Shown here: positions 1 through 10,153 of the stretch, piece after piece
How the letters are laid out: every line of letters starts with the position of its first letter
How positions within the stretch are numbered: position 1 is the stretch's first letter
Origin: an uncultured Chloroflexia bacterium
GTDB lineage: Bacteria > Chloroflexota > Limnocylindria > Limnocylindrales > CSP1-4
DNA length: 64,000 nt
Direction of reading: 5' to 3'
Assembly (NCBI GenBank): GCA_963766735.1
Contig: CAVYBU010000030.1
Span: forward strand, 64,001-128,000
The notes under the pieces: model-generated
What the model saw: only the letters and a program-made list of their open reading frames with translations
Told to the model about the DNA's origin: nothing
Databases searched by the model: none
Made by a program: the position numbers and the translations under genes

Positions 1-808
1 CGGCGGCGAACCCCTCGTACGCCGTGACCTGCCGGTGCTGATCGGGGCCCTCGCGGGAATCCGGACGCCCGACGGCGAGGCCGTGGACCTGACGCTGACC
101 ACGAATGGCTCCGCCCTCCGGCCCCTGGCGGGCCCCCTCGCCGCCGCCGGCCTGCAGCGCGTCACGGTCAGCCTGGACTCGCTCGACGACGCCGTGTTCG
201 GGGCGATGAACGGCGTGGACTTCCCGGTGGCCCGGGTGCTGGACGGGGTTGCTGCCGCACGGTCGGCCGGCCTGGCGCCGATCAAGATCAACACGGTGGT
301 CCGGCGAGGGGTGAATGAGGCGTCGGTGCTGCCGCTCGTGCGCTGGGCACGCGACGAGGGGTTGGTGCTGCGCCTGATCGAGTACATGGACGTGGGGCAC
401 TCCAACGGCTGGAGGCTTGACGACGTCGTGCCCGCGTCCGAGATCCTGGCGCTCATTGACGCCGAGCTGCCGCTGGAACCGCTTGCGCCGGGGTACCGGG
501 GCGAGGTGGCCGGCCGGTACCGCTTCCGGGACGGGTCCGGCGAGGTGGGCGTGATCGCCTCCGTCACGCGTCCGTTCTGCGGCGATTGCACGCGCGCGCG
601 CCTGTCGGCCGAGGGGCACCTGTACACGTGCCTGTTCGCGGTGGACGGGGTTGACCTGAAGACGCCATTACGCGCCGCCGAATCGGACGCGGCGCTGGAG
701 GCCCGGATCCGCGCGGTGTGGGAAGCGCGGGCGGACCGCTACTCGGAGCTGCGGAGCGAGGCGACGGAGCGGTTGCCCAAGGTCGAGATGTTCGCGCTGG
801 GCGGGTAG
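1..808 (+). CDS. moaA: GTP 3',8-cyclase MoaA (5' end outside window)
   Basis: GGEPL at the window edge, LTTNG, VSLDSL, IEYMDVG, C-terminal cluster motif FCGDCTRARLSAEGHLYTCLF and a terminal GG. Confidence 0.95.
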   Translation, partial: GGEPLVRRDLPVLIGALAGIRTPDGEAVDLTLTTNGSALRPLAGPLAAAGLQRVTVSLDSLDDAVFGAMNGVDFPVARVLDGVAAARSAGLAPIKINTVVRRGVNEASVLPLVRWARDEGLVLRLIEYMDVGHSNGWRLDDVVPASEILALIDAELPLEPLAPGYRGEVAGRYRFRDGSGEVGVIASVTRPFCGDCTRARLSAEGHLYTCLFAVDGVDLKTPLRAAESDAALEARIRAVWEARADRYSELRSEATERLPKVEMFALGG

Positions 809-863
809 GCTCGTCCCGCGAACCGCCGCGGAGATCTCCCGCGCCGACGGCTATGCTCGACAC

Positions 864-1739
864 ATGAGCGATGCCACCGCGCCCGTCGATCGAACCCGTC
901 CGATCCCCCCGGCCGAACAGCCTGCCCGTCTCGCCGCACTCGTCGGAGCCGTCCGCGCGCGGACGGACCTGGTGCCACGGGTCGGAATCGTGCTCGGCTC
1001 CGGCCTGGGCAGCCTCGCCGACGCGGTGGAAGAGCCGGTCTCAATCCCCTTCGAGGATCTCCCGGGCTGGCCCGTGGCCACGGCCCCCGGCCACGCAGGC
1101 CGCCTGCTGTTCGGGCGGCTCGCCGGTGTCCCCGTCGCGGTGCTGCAAGGTCGCTTCCACCTCTACGAGGGCAACGACCCGGGCCTCGTGGTCCAGCCCG
1201 TGCTCCTGTTCCGCCAGCTGGGGGCTCAACTGGTCATCCTGACCAACGCGGCGGGCGGCACAAACCCGGCGTTCGGTCCCGGGACGCTGATGGTCATCGC
1301 GGACCACATCAACCTGACGGGCAGGACGCCGCTCCTGGGCGAGAACGCGGACGAGCTGGGCCCACGGTTCGCGGACATGACCGACGTGTGGACCCCTGCC
1401 CACCGGGCGGCCCTCATCGCGGCGGGTGTGGCGGAGGGCGTCGAGCTTGAGGAGGGGGTCTACGTGGGCCTGCTCGGTCCCACCTACGAGACCCCGGCCG
1501 AGGTCCGCATGCTGCATGCGCTGGGCGCCGATGCCGTCGGCATGTCCACGGTCCTCGAGGCGGTCGCGGCCCGCTGGGTCGGTCTCGAGGTCTGCGGCGT
1601 CTCGCTGGTGAGCAACGCGGGCGCGGGGTACAGCGGCCAGCCGCTGACCCACCAGGAGGTCCTCGAGGCTGGTGCGTCGGCGGGTCCGAGGCTGGCCCGC
1701 GTGCTCCGCCGCTTCATCGCGGGGCTCGGCTCGGACTGA
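864..1739 (+). CDS. punA: Purine nucleoside phosphorylase (trimeric PNP type)
   Basis: VLGSGLG, GHAG, QGRFHLYEG, LTNAAGG, DHIN, GPTYETPAE, AVGMSTV motifs. Confidence 0.93.
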   Translation: MSDATAPVDRTRPIPPAEQPARLAALVGAVRARTDLVPRVGIVLGSGLGSLADAVEEPVSIPFEDLPGWPVATAPGHAGRLLFGRLAGVPVAVLQGRFHLYEGNDPGLVVQPVLLFRQLGAQLVILTNAAGGTNPAFGPGTLMVIADHINLTGRTPLLGENADELGPRFADMTDVWTPAHRAALIAAGVAEGVELEEGVYVGLLGPTYETPAEVRMLHALGADAVGMSTVLEAVAARWVGLEVCGVSLVSNAGAGYSGQPLTHQEVLEAGASAGPRLARVLRRFIAGLGSD

Positions 1740-1799
1740 CTCCACGCACGGTCCGCGGCTCAGGCCGTCGGGCCGATATACCCGGAGGTGACCCCGCTG

Positions 1800-2012
1800 C
1801 TACCGGCCCCCGCCGCCGGCGGCGTTCCGCGCCGCCCGATCCAGGATCACGCCCAGGGCAAGGATCCCGAAGAACACGCCGAGGAACAGCAGGATCATGC
1901 GGTCGTACCCGGACCACGCGGTCCCGGAGAGCCCGGCCAGCCCGGTGATGGCCGCCGCGATGACGAAGGCCACGACGCCGATCGAGGTGACGGTCTTGTT
2001 CGGTCGCTTCAT
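1800..2012 (-). CDS. Small two-TM membrane protein (70 aa)
   Basis: ATG at 2012 preceded by AGGAG; MKRPNKTVTSIG followed by two hydrophobic helices. Confidence 0.65.
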   Translation of the reverse strand: MKRPNKTVTSIGVVAFVIAAAITGLAGLSGTAWSGYDRMILLFLGVFFGILALGVILDRAARNAAGGGGR

Positions 2013-2208
2013 GCAGCTGATGTCTCCTGGTTGCGGTGGATCCTGGCGCGAATGCGGCGATGGGTCGGGGCAAGAGTACCGGGGGGAACGGTGGTCCGCG
2101 CGATGCCCGGACATGCCGACACCCCGCCACGAGGGCGGGGTGTCGGGGATGGAGGAGCCAGACCGCCGGGATGGAGGTTCGCCCCGGCGGAGGATCGGTG
2201 CCGGTTGC

Positions 2209-2733
2209 CTACGGGAGCAGGACGGAACCGATGACGTGGATCACGCCGTTGGACGCGGAGATGTTGGTCTCCAGGATGCCGGCAGCACCCAGCTCTCCCC
2301 GGGAGAGCTTGTCCCCGTTGAGCATCTGGTAGCGCGGCGCGGCGAGCACGGACGTGGCCTGCCGGCGCCCGGGGGTCACGTGGTAGAGGAGGATGTCGGC
2401 CAGGGCTCCGTTGCCGAAGGCAGCGTCGACACCACCGGCATCGATGAAGTCGATGACGTCCTGCTCGCTGAGGTCAGTCTGCAGGATGCCCTCGAACGTG
2501 GTCACGAAGGCAGCGTCCGTCGGGGCGAACACCGTGAGCTGGCGGGTGCCGTCGAGCGCACCGGCGAGGCCGGCCTCGATGACCGCAGCCTGGAGGACGT
2601 CGAACTCGCCGTCGTTGACGAGGACGATGTCCGTGATGGTCATGTCGCCGGGCTTGTTGGATGCCAATGCCGGGGCGGCGATGGTGGTGACCGCGATGGC
2701 GGCCGCGGTGATGCCGAGAGCGATGCGGCGCAT
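2209..2733 (-). CDS. Secreted fasciclin (FAS1) domain protein
   Basis: Signal peptide; FAS1 motifs TVFAPTDAAF, ILLYHV, NGVIHVI; AAAGGAG RBS. Confidence 0.92.
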   Translation of the reverse strand: MRRIALGITAAAIAVTTIAAPALASNKPGDMTITDIVLVNDGEFDVLQAAVIEAGLAGALDGTRQLTVFAPTDAAFVTTFEGILQTDLSEQDVIDFIDAGGVDAAFGNGALADILLYHVTPGRRQATSVLAAPRYQMLNGDKLSRGELGAAGILETNISASNGVIHVIGSVLLP

Positions 2734-2783
2734 TGGGTTGACTCCTTTCGGTCAGGTGGCTGGTTGTCCGAGATCTGGGGTGG

Positions 2784-3599
2784 CTAGCGGCGGGCGCGGC
2801 TGGTCGCGAGGCGCATCGCGCCCACGAACGAGGCAATACCGGCCACGAGCAGGAGGAGCGCGAAGGATGTCGTGGTCGTGCTGGTCTCGGTGGCGCCGAC
2901 CGTGTCTGTTGCAGGGGCGGCGACGCCGTCCACGCCCACGGCGGCGGTCAGCGTCTCGCCTTCCAGCGAGCCGATAGCGAACACGCTGTAGGACGTGGCG
3001 GCCTCAAGGGCGAGCGGGCCCGGATCGAGCGGGCAGACCGTGTTGTCGGCGGTTGCGCAGACCTTCAGGTCGTAGCTTCCGGGCGCAAGAGTCAGGTAGT
3101 CGGTCTTGTCGGGGTAGGAGAGGTTCTCAACCACCTTGGCCGAGCCGTCCTGGGTGAGAACGTCGACCGCGGGCGTGTCGGCCGAGAAGTGGACGACGCG
3201 GACCTGGGTCTTGCCGGCCTTCGGGGACGGGGTGTCGGTGATGATCTGGGCCTCGATCGAGGCGAGCACGTTTGTGGCGGCGATCGTGTAGTGGGTGCCG
3301 GCGGCGAGCGCGACGCCATCAGCAACGATGGGGCAGACGGTGGCGTCGGCGGTGGCGCAGACCTTGAGGTCGTACGTGCCCGCGGGCAGCTTCACATAGG
3401 CGGACAGGTCGCCGAACTCGAGGCCGGCGAGCGGGTCGCCCACCTTGTCTCCGTTGACGTAGACGTCCACCGCCGGAGCGTCCGGCGATGCGTGGAGCAC
3501 GCGCACCATCGCGTCATCGGCTGCGCCGACGGGGCTCGCGATGGCGGCGAGCGCAAGGGCGGCGACGATCGCCGCAGGTCGAGAGAGTCTCTTGGACAC
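2784..3599 (-). CDS. DUF4397-like secreted protein with two repeat domains and a C-terminal TM anchor
   Basis: GTG at 3599 after AAGGAG; repeated VRVLHASPDAPAVDV / VRVVHFSADTPAVDV; C-terminal hydrophobic helix and RARR tail. Confidence 0.85.
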   Translation of the reverse strand: MSKRLSRPAAIVAALALAAIASPVGAADDAMVRVLHASPDAPAVDVYVNGDKVGDPLAGLEFGDLSAYVKLPAGTYDLKVCATADATVCPIVADGVALAAGTHYTIAATNVLASIEAQIITDTPSPKAGKTQVRVVHFSADTPAVDVLTQDGSAKVVENLSYPDKTDYLTLAPGSYDLKVCATADNTVCPLDPGPLALEAATSYSVFAIGSLEGETLTAAVGVDGVAAPATDTVGATETSTTTTSFALLLLVAGIASFVGAMRLATSRARR

Positions 3600-3682
3600 C
3601 TGGGTTCTCCTTGTGGTCTGCCGGCCGGGGTCCACGTCTGGGAGCCGAGCCGTGTGGCAACCTTTGTCTAAGGTCTGCGCAG

Positions 3683-3711
3683 AGAATAGACACACCGGAG
3701 AAGGTTGTCAA
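3683..3711 (-). promoter_or_regulatory. Sigma70-type promoter for the DUF4397/fasciclin genes
   Basis: Minus strand TTGACA (3711-3706), 17-bp spacer, TATTCT (3688-3683). Confidence 0.7.
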
Positions 3712-3864
3712 GTGTTTGTTCAAACGTCTGGGGCGGACCCGTCTACAGATACTGGACGAGCACGGGCAGCGCACCCTCCGGTCGGTGGCGGCCCGGGGAA
3801 GACCGGCTCGGACAGATGGCGGACCGGCTGCACCGCGCGCCGGACCGCCTGCACTGCGGGGAGG

Positions 3865-4722
3865 TCAGCGAACGGGCAGGTTCCGCCCTGGGGCCCTGGT
3901 CTCTTCGCGCTTCTGGGCCCAGGCGGCGAGCACGTTGTCCTTGTGGGGACGGATCGGGCAGTGCTCGTCGCGGTTGTTGAACTCGTCGCAGTAGCCCAGC
4001 GGCACGCACTTGGGAGCGAGGAACGACCCGAGGAACGGCGACACGCCGAAGACCTCGTGGCGGATCAGCTGGAACAGCCGACGGATCTCCCACTGGGCCA
4101 TCGTGCACAGGCGCAGGCCGGACATGTGGATCAGTGCCCGCAGATTCGTCGTCATGACGAGGTTCGTCCGGGTGGCGTTCGGGAACACGAAACGCGCGTC
4201 CTCGCCCGGCACGCCGGCCTCCAGCAGCTCGCCGTAGAGGCCCAGGGCTCCGTCGACCTGCTCCTCGAAGCGGGCACGCAGGCCCGCGTCTCCCTCCGCG
4301 ATCGTCGCCGGGAGCATGGTGGCCGCCCCCTTGAACTTCACGTACCGCTGGCTCTGCTGGTCGAAGGCAACGCCCGCGCGATGGCGCACCAGCTGGTGCG
4401 ACAGCGTGCGTGACACGCCCGACAGCGCAAACGTGAACACGATGTGCTCGATGGTGGAGCCGTGGCCGGACTCGATGACGTTGGAGATCAGCCGCTGCAT
4501 CGACTCCGGCGCGACTTCGCCGGCCACCGCGCGCCGGAAGATCTCCTGGGGATCCAGCTCCGAGTAGCAGGTCCGACAGGCCGTGTAGACCAGCGGTACG
4601 TAGAAGCGCTCCACGATCTCCCGGTCCGGGAACAGGAGCGTTGCCTTCATCCCAAGCTCGTGGCGGCCGGGGTTGCGCGGGATCCCGGACTTCGTGCGCT
4701 GGGGCGCGGGGGCGTCTGCCAT
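3865..4722 (-). CDS. thyX: FAD-dependent thymidylate synthase ThyX
   Basis: GHGSTIEH, SRTLSHQLVRHR, QQSQRY, EDARFVFPN, AQWEIR motifs. Confidence 0.95.
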   Translation of the reverse strand: MADAPAPQRTKSGIPRNPGRHELGMKATLLFPDREIVERFYVPLVYTACRTCYSELDPQEIFRRAVAGEVAPESMQRLISNVIESGHGSTIEHIVFTFALSGVSRTLSHQLVRHRAGVAFDQQSQRYVKFKGAATMLPATIAEGDAGLRARFEEQVDGALGLYGELLEAGVPGEDARFVFPNATRTNLVMTTNLRALIHMSGLRLCTMAQWEIRRLFQLIRHEVFGVSPFLGSFLAPKCVPLGYCDEFNNRDEHCPIRPHKDNVLAAWAQKREETRAPGRNLPVR

Positions 4723-4741
4723 GGGCAAAGTCTATGCGGCC

Positions 4742-6067
4742 CTACGCTGCGGCGCGCGTTTCAAGGACCCGGCGGTCGACCTCGCGGAACCACACCCAGT
4801 ACAGGATCGTGGCGATGGTGTACAGGGTGATGATCGTGATGAAGCTGACCGTGTAGCCGGCCTCGAACCCCAGCGTGGCCTGGAGGGAGGCGTACCAGAG
4901 GCCGCCGATGATCCACCCCACCTGCCACAGCACGCTCATCGCCGCGGACAGTGTCGCCCGCTCGCCCGGCGACACACGCTCCATCGCGAACGCGTTGAAG
5001 ATCGGGTTGCCGGCGTTCATCAGGGAGTTCCGCACCGCCATCGCGGCAATCACCATCCACAGGACAGGGGAGAACCCGAGGACCACCAGGAACGGGATGC
5101 TGGCCCCCTGGACCAGCACGACGGACGTGATCTGGCCGAACCGCCGGGCCAGCCGGGGCTGGAAGAGGATCGCCGCGAGCGTCCCGAGCGAGGTCAGGGC
5201 AAAGACGGCATTGAGCGATGCCAGGTTGAGCCCGAACTTCACCTGCACGAACAGGTTGAGGAAGGGGATCACCTGGCCGGCCCCGATTGAGATGAGCAAC
5301 CCCGGGAACAGCAGCCTGGCGAACAGAGCCCGGTCGCGGACCGTGATCCCGAGCCATGTCCGCGAGCGGCGAGGATGGTCCGGGAGGGCGGCCGGATCTG
5401 CGTGTGGCCCCAACTGCTGCCGCAGCCTCGCCCTCGGCCGATCGTCGGACAGCAGTCCCACGGTGGCCAGGCCGGCTGCAGTGAGCAGGGCCATGATGAT
5501 CAGGATGATCCGGTACGTGCCCGACCCTGCCGGGTCCAGCCCGAGAGAGATCGCGATCAGCCCCGCGACCAGGCCGCCGAGGACGGCCGCGACGATGTTG
5601 GTGAAGCTCTGGATCGCAAACTGCATGGCGAACAGCTCGTTCCGGTGCGATGGCTCGCTGTGCTCCGTCAGGTATGGCGCGATGACCACCTGCATGGCCT
5701 GGCTCCCGGCCGTGAACAGGCAGGCGGAGACCACGATCACCGGCAGGGCCTCACTGGCGATCAGGCCGAGCAGGGCGACCAGCCCGACGGCCATCCCGCC
5801 GCCGATGACCATCCGCCGCCCGACCCGGTCGGACGCTGCGCTGGCTGGAAAGGCGACCAGCGCGCCCGCCACCGAGGAGACGGTCGACACCAGCCCGATG
5901 GTGGCGGGCGAGAGCCCCAGCGAGGCCAGGTAGAGGTTGAAGTCGATCCAGTACAGGCTCATCGCCGCGCCGGCGACGAGGGTGGTGACGAGGATGATGC
6001 GCGCATCGCGATGGAAGCGGCCCCACGCCCCGTGGAGGAACGGTCCGAGCCGACCGGAACCGGTCAC
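4742..6067 (-). CDS. MFS transporter
   Basis: About 12 TM segments; motif A-like SDRVGRR and ARRFG; probable GTG start at 6067. Confidence 0.88.
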   Translation of the reverse strand: MTGSGRLGPFLHGAWGRFHRDARIILVTTLVAGAAMSLYWIDFNLYLASLGLSPATIGLVSTVSSVAGALVAFPASAASDRVGRRMVIGGGMAVGLVALLGLIASEALPVIVVSACLFTAGSQAMQVVIAPYLTEHSEPSHRNELFAMQFAIQSFTNIVAAVLGGLVAGLIAISLGLDPAGSGTYRIILIIMALLTAAGLATVGLLSDDRPRARLRQQLGPHADPAALPDHPRRSRTWLGITVRDRALFARLLFPGLLISIGAGQVIPFLNLFVQVKFGLNLASLNAVFALTSLGTLAAILFQPRLARRFGQITSVVLVQGASIPFLVVLGFSPVLWMVIAAMAVRNSLMNAGNPIFNAFAMERVSPGERATLSAAMSVLWQVGWIIGGLWYASLQATLGFEAGYTVSFITIITLYTIATILYWVWFREVDRRVLETRAAA

Positions 6068-6125
6068 GCTTCTGCCGGCGCGTTGGGGAGGTCGCCCCGG
6101 CGCCGCTCCGGACCCAGGGTCATCG

Positions 6126-8205
6126 TCACACCAGGATGCGCGGGATCCGCTCCGACCACGCACGGGCGAAGAAGGGCTCGTCGTCCAGCCGAACGTCCAG
6201 ATCCACCCGCACGTCGAACGCCGTCTCGTCGGACGCGATCCCTCCGGTCGCCCGGATGTCCACGTCGAAACCGGGCCCTGTCCAGTGGTATGCGACCACC
6301 GTGTCGAGGTGGGTGTTCGCAGGGTCCGGGTCCGAGGCCGTGAGGACCAGCCGCTCCGAGGAATAGACCCGGGATCCATCCTCGAGGAGTACCGCGCCGC
6401 CCTCGCCGATCGTGACGGCCACGGCGCCGTTGATGACGTCCTCCTCGATCCGCCAGACCGCCGGCTCCTCATCGCCCCCACCCACGTCGCGCAGGCCCGC
6501 CGGCGTCAGCTTGAACGGCGTCGGCGTCCAGGGTTGGGGCCGCCGGAGGGAGGACCGGCAGCATGAGCCGGGACGGGGCGAGATGCCCGTGGTGGACGCG
6601 GAGGTCGCCCGACAGCGGGGAGGGCCAGAGGACCGGCCAGTAGCTCGTGAGGACGGTCAGGCGGATGCGGTGGCCCGGGGTGAACCGGTAGCCCGTGGCG
6701 CGGAGCGGGATCCGGACCTCCTCGGAGTGCTCGCTCCCGGCGGGCTCGACGGGCATCGGCTCCGGATCCGTGTCCGACCGGCGGTGGGTGAGGTTCAGGA
6801 CGCCGGTTGCCACGAGCGAGGAGACGCCCGCGGGCGAGACCTCGGACAGGCGCACGACGCAGGTCGCCACCGGCATGGATGCCGAGACGTGCAGGACCAC
6901 CTCCGGGATGCCGATGACCGAGATGCCCTCTCCCAGGGGCGGCGAGGTGTAGGTGAGGCCCCGCATCTCATCGGGGCGCAGGTCCCGGGCCAGGCCGTTC
7001 GGGTGCCAGCCGGCGCCCCAGGAGAGCGCGCCGGAGGTGCCAACCGTCGCGCGGTGCCTGATGGCGCGCACCCCGCCGGCTGATGGGGGCCCGTCGCTCA
7101 GCGAGCCATCGCCCAGGAAGAGCTCCTTTGCCGCCGTCCCGGGCACGGGCAGCGCTTCGGCCGCCCGCCATCGGCCCGGCCACGCGGCGGGGAATGCTTC
7201 GGGCTCGGCCCACGTGTGCTCGAACCAGGTCACGGCGGGCTCTCGCTCCCAACCGTTGTCGATGCCCTTCAGGTAGCGGTCGAAGAAGCGGACCATCTCG
7301 TGGAGCCAGTCCAGGTTCGGCCCCGGATAGGCGTCGTCCGGGTAGGAGTGGATCCAGTTGCCCACGAGCGTCCTGCGCGGGGCATTTACGCAGCGCTCCT
7401 GGATCCGGAACGCGGGGTCCACGTAGGAGTCGTTCCAGCCGGCGACCTGGAAGACGGCACAGCCGAGGGCCTCGTAGTCGGGGGCCAGGGACCCGGAGCG
7501 CCAGAACGGTCCGTCGGTCTGCTCGCGGATCCAGGGGAACAGCCACGGCGGGGTCTGCTCCAGGCGCTGTCGCCACTCGTCGCGCCACCCGTCGCCGCGG
7601 AAGGCGGGCAGCGGCGGCATCGCGTTCATCCCCAGCTGGCTGACGGCGTACTGGCACTTCTCGCTGGCCGTGACGCAGCCGCCGCGCATGTGGACGTCGT
7701 CGCGGTAGCGGTCATCCGTGGCGTACATCGGCAGGATCGCGCGCAGGTGGGGCGGACCGAGCTTCGCGACCTGGATGGAGGTGAAGCCGCCCCAGCTGAT
7801 GCCCCACATGCCGACGTTGCCGCTGCACCAGGGCTGCCCAGCCAGCCACTCCACGGCGTCGTACCCGTCGAGCGTCTGCTCATCGGTGTACTCGCCCTCC
7901 GCGATCCCGGGGGAGCTGCCCGTGCCCCGGACGTCCAGCCTGCACAGGGCGAACCCGCGGGCCGCGAGCCACTCTCCGCGAGCCACGTCCGCGTTGCGTC
8001 GCCAGTTGTCCTTGCCGTACGGGATCATCTCGAGGATGACCGGGAACCGCTCACCTGGTGCATTCGCGAGGGGTCGCGGGAGCCAGAGGTTCGCGCTCAG
8101 CTCGAGGCCGTCCCGGACCGGGACGCGGACATCCCAGCGGACGTCGTGGTGGTACCGGGGCTGCGAGGCGGGGCGCAGGATCTCTGCAGGGTCGTGGTCG
8201 GGCAT
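6126..8205 (-). CDS. CocE/NonD family serine hydrolase (X-Pro dipeptidyl-peptidase-like), frameshifted near 6530
   Basis: PYGKD, DVRGTGSS, GISWGG nucleophile, GWNDSY; the C-terminal part continues in another frame (TPFKLTPAGLRDVGGG...WSERIPRILV). Confidence 0.85.
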
Positions 8206-8289
8206 CTCCCTGCGAGTCTATGCGCGCGGCGCCCGGGATGCCCATCGGTCTGCCTGTCGAGCTCCTGGATCCTGTGGCGCCCCGAGCAG

Positions 8290-9315
8290 CTACGGTGCCC
8301 CGAGCGCCCCGGCGAAGAACTCGATCAGGCGGGACTCGTACCCCGCGGGATCCACGTAGACGCCCTGCGTGTGGCCCGCCCCCGGCACGATCCAGGCGTC
8401 CGGCGTGGTTGCACCAGCGGCAACCGCGCGGTCGTGCAGCTCGACGGCCATGGTTGCCGGCAGCACCGCATCGTCCGCGCCGTGGACGAAGGCGATCGAC
8501 CGGCCGGCGTACTCCTCCACCTGGTCGATTGGGTCGAACCTGGTGAGATCGTCGCCCGCGATGATCCGTGCCCAGAGGAGCGCACCCGGCACGAGGATGC
8601 CGGTGATCCCCGAACCGTCCTTCATCTGGTCCTTGAGGAAGAGCCGGATCCCCTCGTACATCTCGGTGGGCGAGGAATCCGCCCACACCGCTGCCACCTG
8701 CGGCTCCTGGCCGCCGGCGACGATCGCGTTGACCGACCCGAACGAGAACCCGAGCAGGCCGATGCGCTCGGCGGGAACGCCCTGCGACCGGACCCAGTCC
8801 CAGCCGCCCAGGACGTCCAGGTACTCCTCGCTGCCGCCGGCGAAGCGGGCATCATCGCCCTCGGAGTCCCCGTGGTCGCGGATGTCCATCAGGAACACGG
8901 AGAAGCCGTTCCGGTGGAGCATCCCGGCCGCGAGGAGCACGCTCGCCTCCCTGCGGCACGACTGGACCCCGTGCACCAGGACCACCGCCGGGGCATCGGC
9001 CGACTCGGCGGGGATCCACCAGCCGGCCAGCTGCGCGTCCGGGATCTGCGGGTCCCGTGACGTGAAGCTCACGTCCTGCGGGGCCGGCATCGGGTTGGCC
9101 GCGGGGAGTCCCTGGTCAAACTCCTTCGGCACCGTGTATCCGGTCGGCGTGTTCGCCACGTCCCCGGGCCAGCACGCCCGCGGCGCCTTGCCGACACCGT
9201 CGTAGACCATGAACGAGACGGCTCCGTAGCCCAGGACCGCGATGACGGCGATCACCGCCAACGCGATCAGGACCCATCGTCGTCGTCGGGAAGGACGCGA
9301 TGCGGTTGTGCTCAT
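8290..9315 (-). CDS. Membrane-anchored alpha/beta hydrolase
   Basis: N-terminal TM; LVHG, DIRDHGDS, GFSFG nucleophile, HGADD, GAGH. Confidence 0.88.
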   Translation of the reverse strand: MSTTASRPSRRRRWVLIALAVIAVIAVLGYGAVSFMVYDGVGKAPRACWPGDVANTPTGYTVPKEFDQGLPAANPMPAPQDVSFTSRDPQIPDAQLAGWWIPAESADAPAVVLVHGVQSCRREASVLLAAGMLHRNGFSVFLMDIRDHGDSEGDDARFAGGSEEYLDVLGGWDWVRSQGVPAERIGLLGFSFGSVNAIVAGGQEPQVAAVWADSSPTEMYEGIRLFLKDQMKDGSGITGILVPGALLWARIIAGDDLTRFDPIDQVEEYAGRSIAFVHGADDAVLPATMAVELHDRAVAAGATTPDAWIVPGAGHTQGVYVDPAGYESRLIEFFAGALGAP

Positions 9316-9413
9316 GGCGCAGGCCCCCTGTTCCGTGTTGCACTGAGAGCGGTTGCTGCCCGTTGCGGGCGGACAGCGACGACTGCCTGCCCCGAAGACG
9401 CTACCTTCCCCCA

Positions 9414-9986
9414 ATGCGTGACATCAGCCGCCAAGCGCGCACGGTTGGCCCCTGGCGCCGCAGGAGCCGCCGCCTCGCCTACTCCAACCCCTGGCTGGAG
9501 GTCTACCACGACGAGGTCGACCGCCCCGACGGCAGCGAGGGCATCTACGGCGTCGTCCATTTCCGGACGCGGGCCGTGGGCGTGGTGGCCGTCGCGGACG
9601 ACGGACTGCTGCTTCTCGTGGGTCAGTACCGGTACACGCTCGACGAGTACAGCTGGGAGATCCCCGAGGGCGGCGTGGAGGACGGGGAGGCGCTGCTCGA
9701 GGGCGCGCAACGGGAGCTCCGCGAGGAGACGGGCTACGACGCGGCGGAGTGGCGGCAGCTGTGCCGGATGACGGTGTCCAACTCCGTGACCGACGAGCGC
9801 GGCGCGATCTTCCTGGCGACGGGCCTGCGCGCCGGTGAGGCGGCTCCGGAGCCGACCGAGGACCTCACCCTGCGCTGGGCGACGCTGGACGAGGTCCTGG
9901 CAGAGATCGGTTCGGGCGCGATCCACGACGTCATCACGCTCGCGGGCGTGAGCCGATACGCGCTGGAGCTGGCACGCCGCGCCTGA
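9414..9986 (+). CDS. NUDIX hydrolase (ADP-ribose pyrophosphatase-like)
   Basis: QYRY and WEIPEGG..AQRELREETG Nudix box. Confidence 0.92.
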   Translation: MRDISRQARTVGPWRRRSRRLAYSNPWLEVYHDEVDRPDGSEGIYGVVHFRTRAVGVVAVADDGLLLLVGQYRYTLDEYSWEIPEGGVEDGEALLEGAQRELREETGYDAAEWRQLCRMTVSNSVTDERGAIFLATGLRAGEAAPEPTEDLTLRWATLDEVLAEIGSGAIHDVITLAGVSRYALELARRA

Positions 9987-10153
9987 TGCAACGCAGGCTC
10001 GCTGGGATCCGTCCGGCCCCCGCGTCGCATCCATCGGCAGTTGAAGTGGGGCGGTCTGTTGTATAACGGTTACACCATTCAGCGCCGAGCGCGGCATGGA
10101 GGACGTCCCTGGATGGGCTGACAGCAGCCCGCGGACACTGGAGGAGACACCTG

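Noticed and set aside
6068-6481. N-terminal extension of the MFS ORF (579 aa)
   Set aside because: This region encodes the frameshifted C-terminus of the CocE/NonD hydrolase in another frame.
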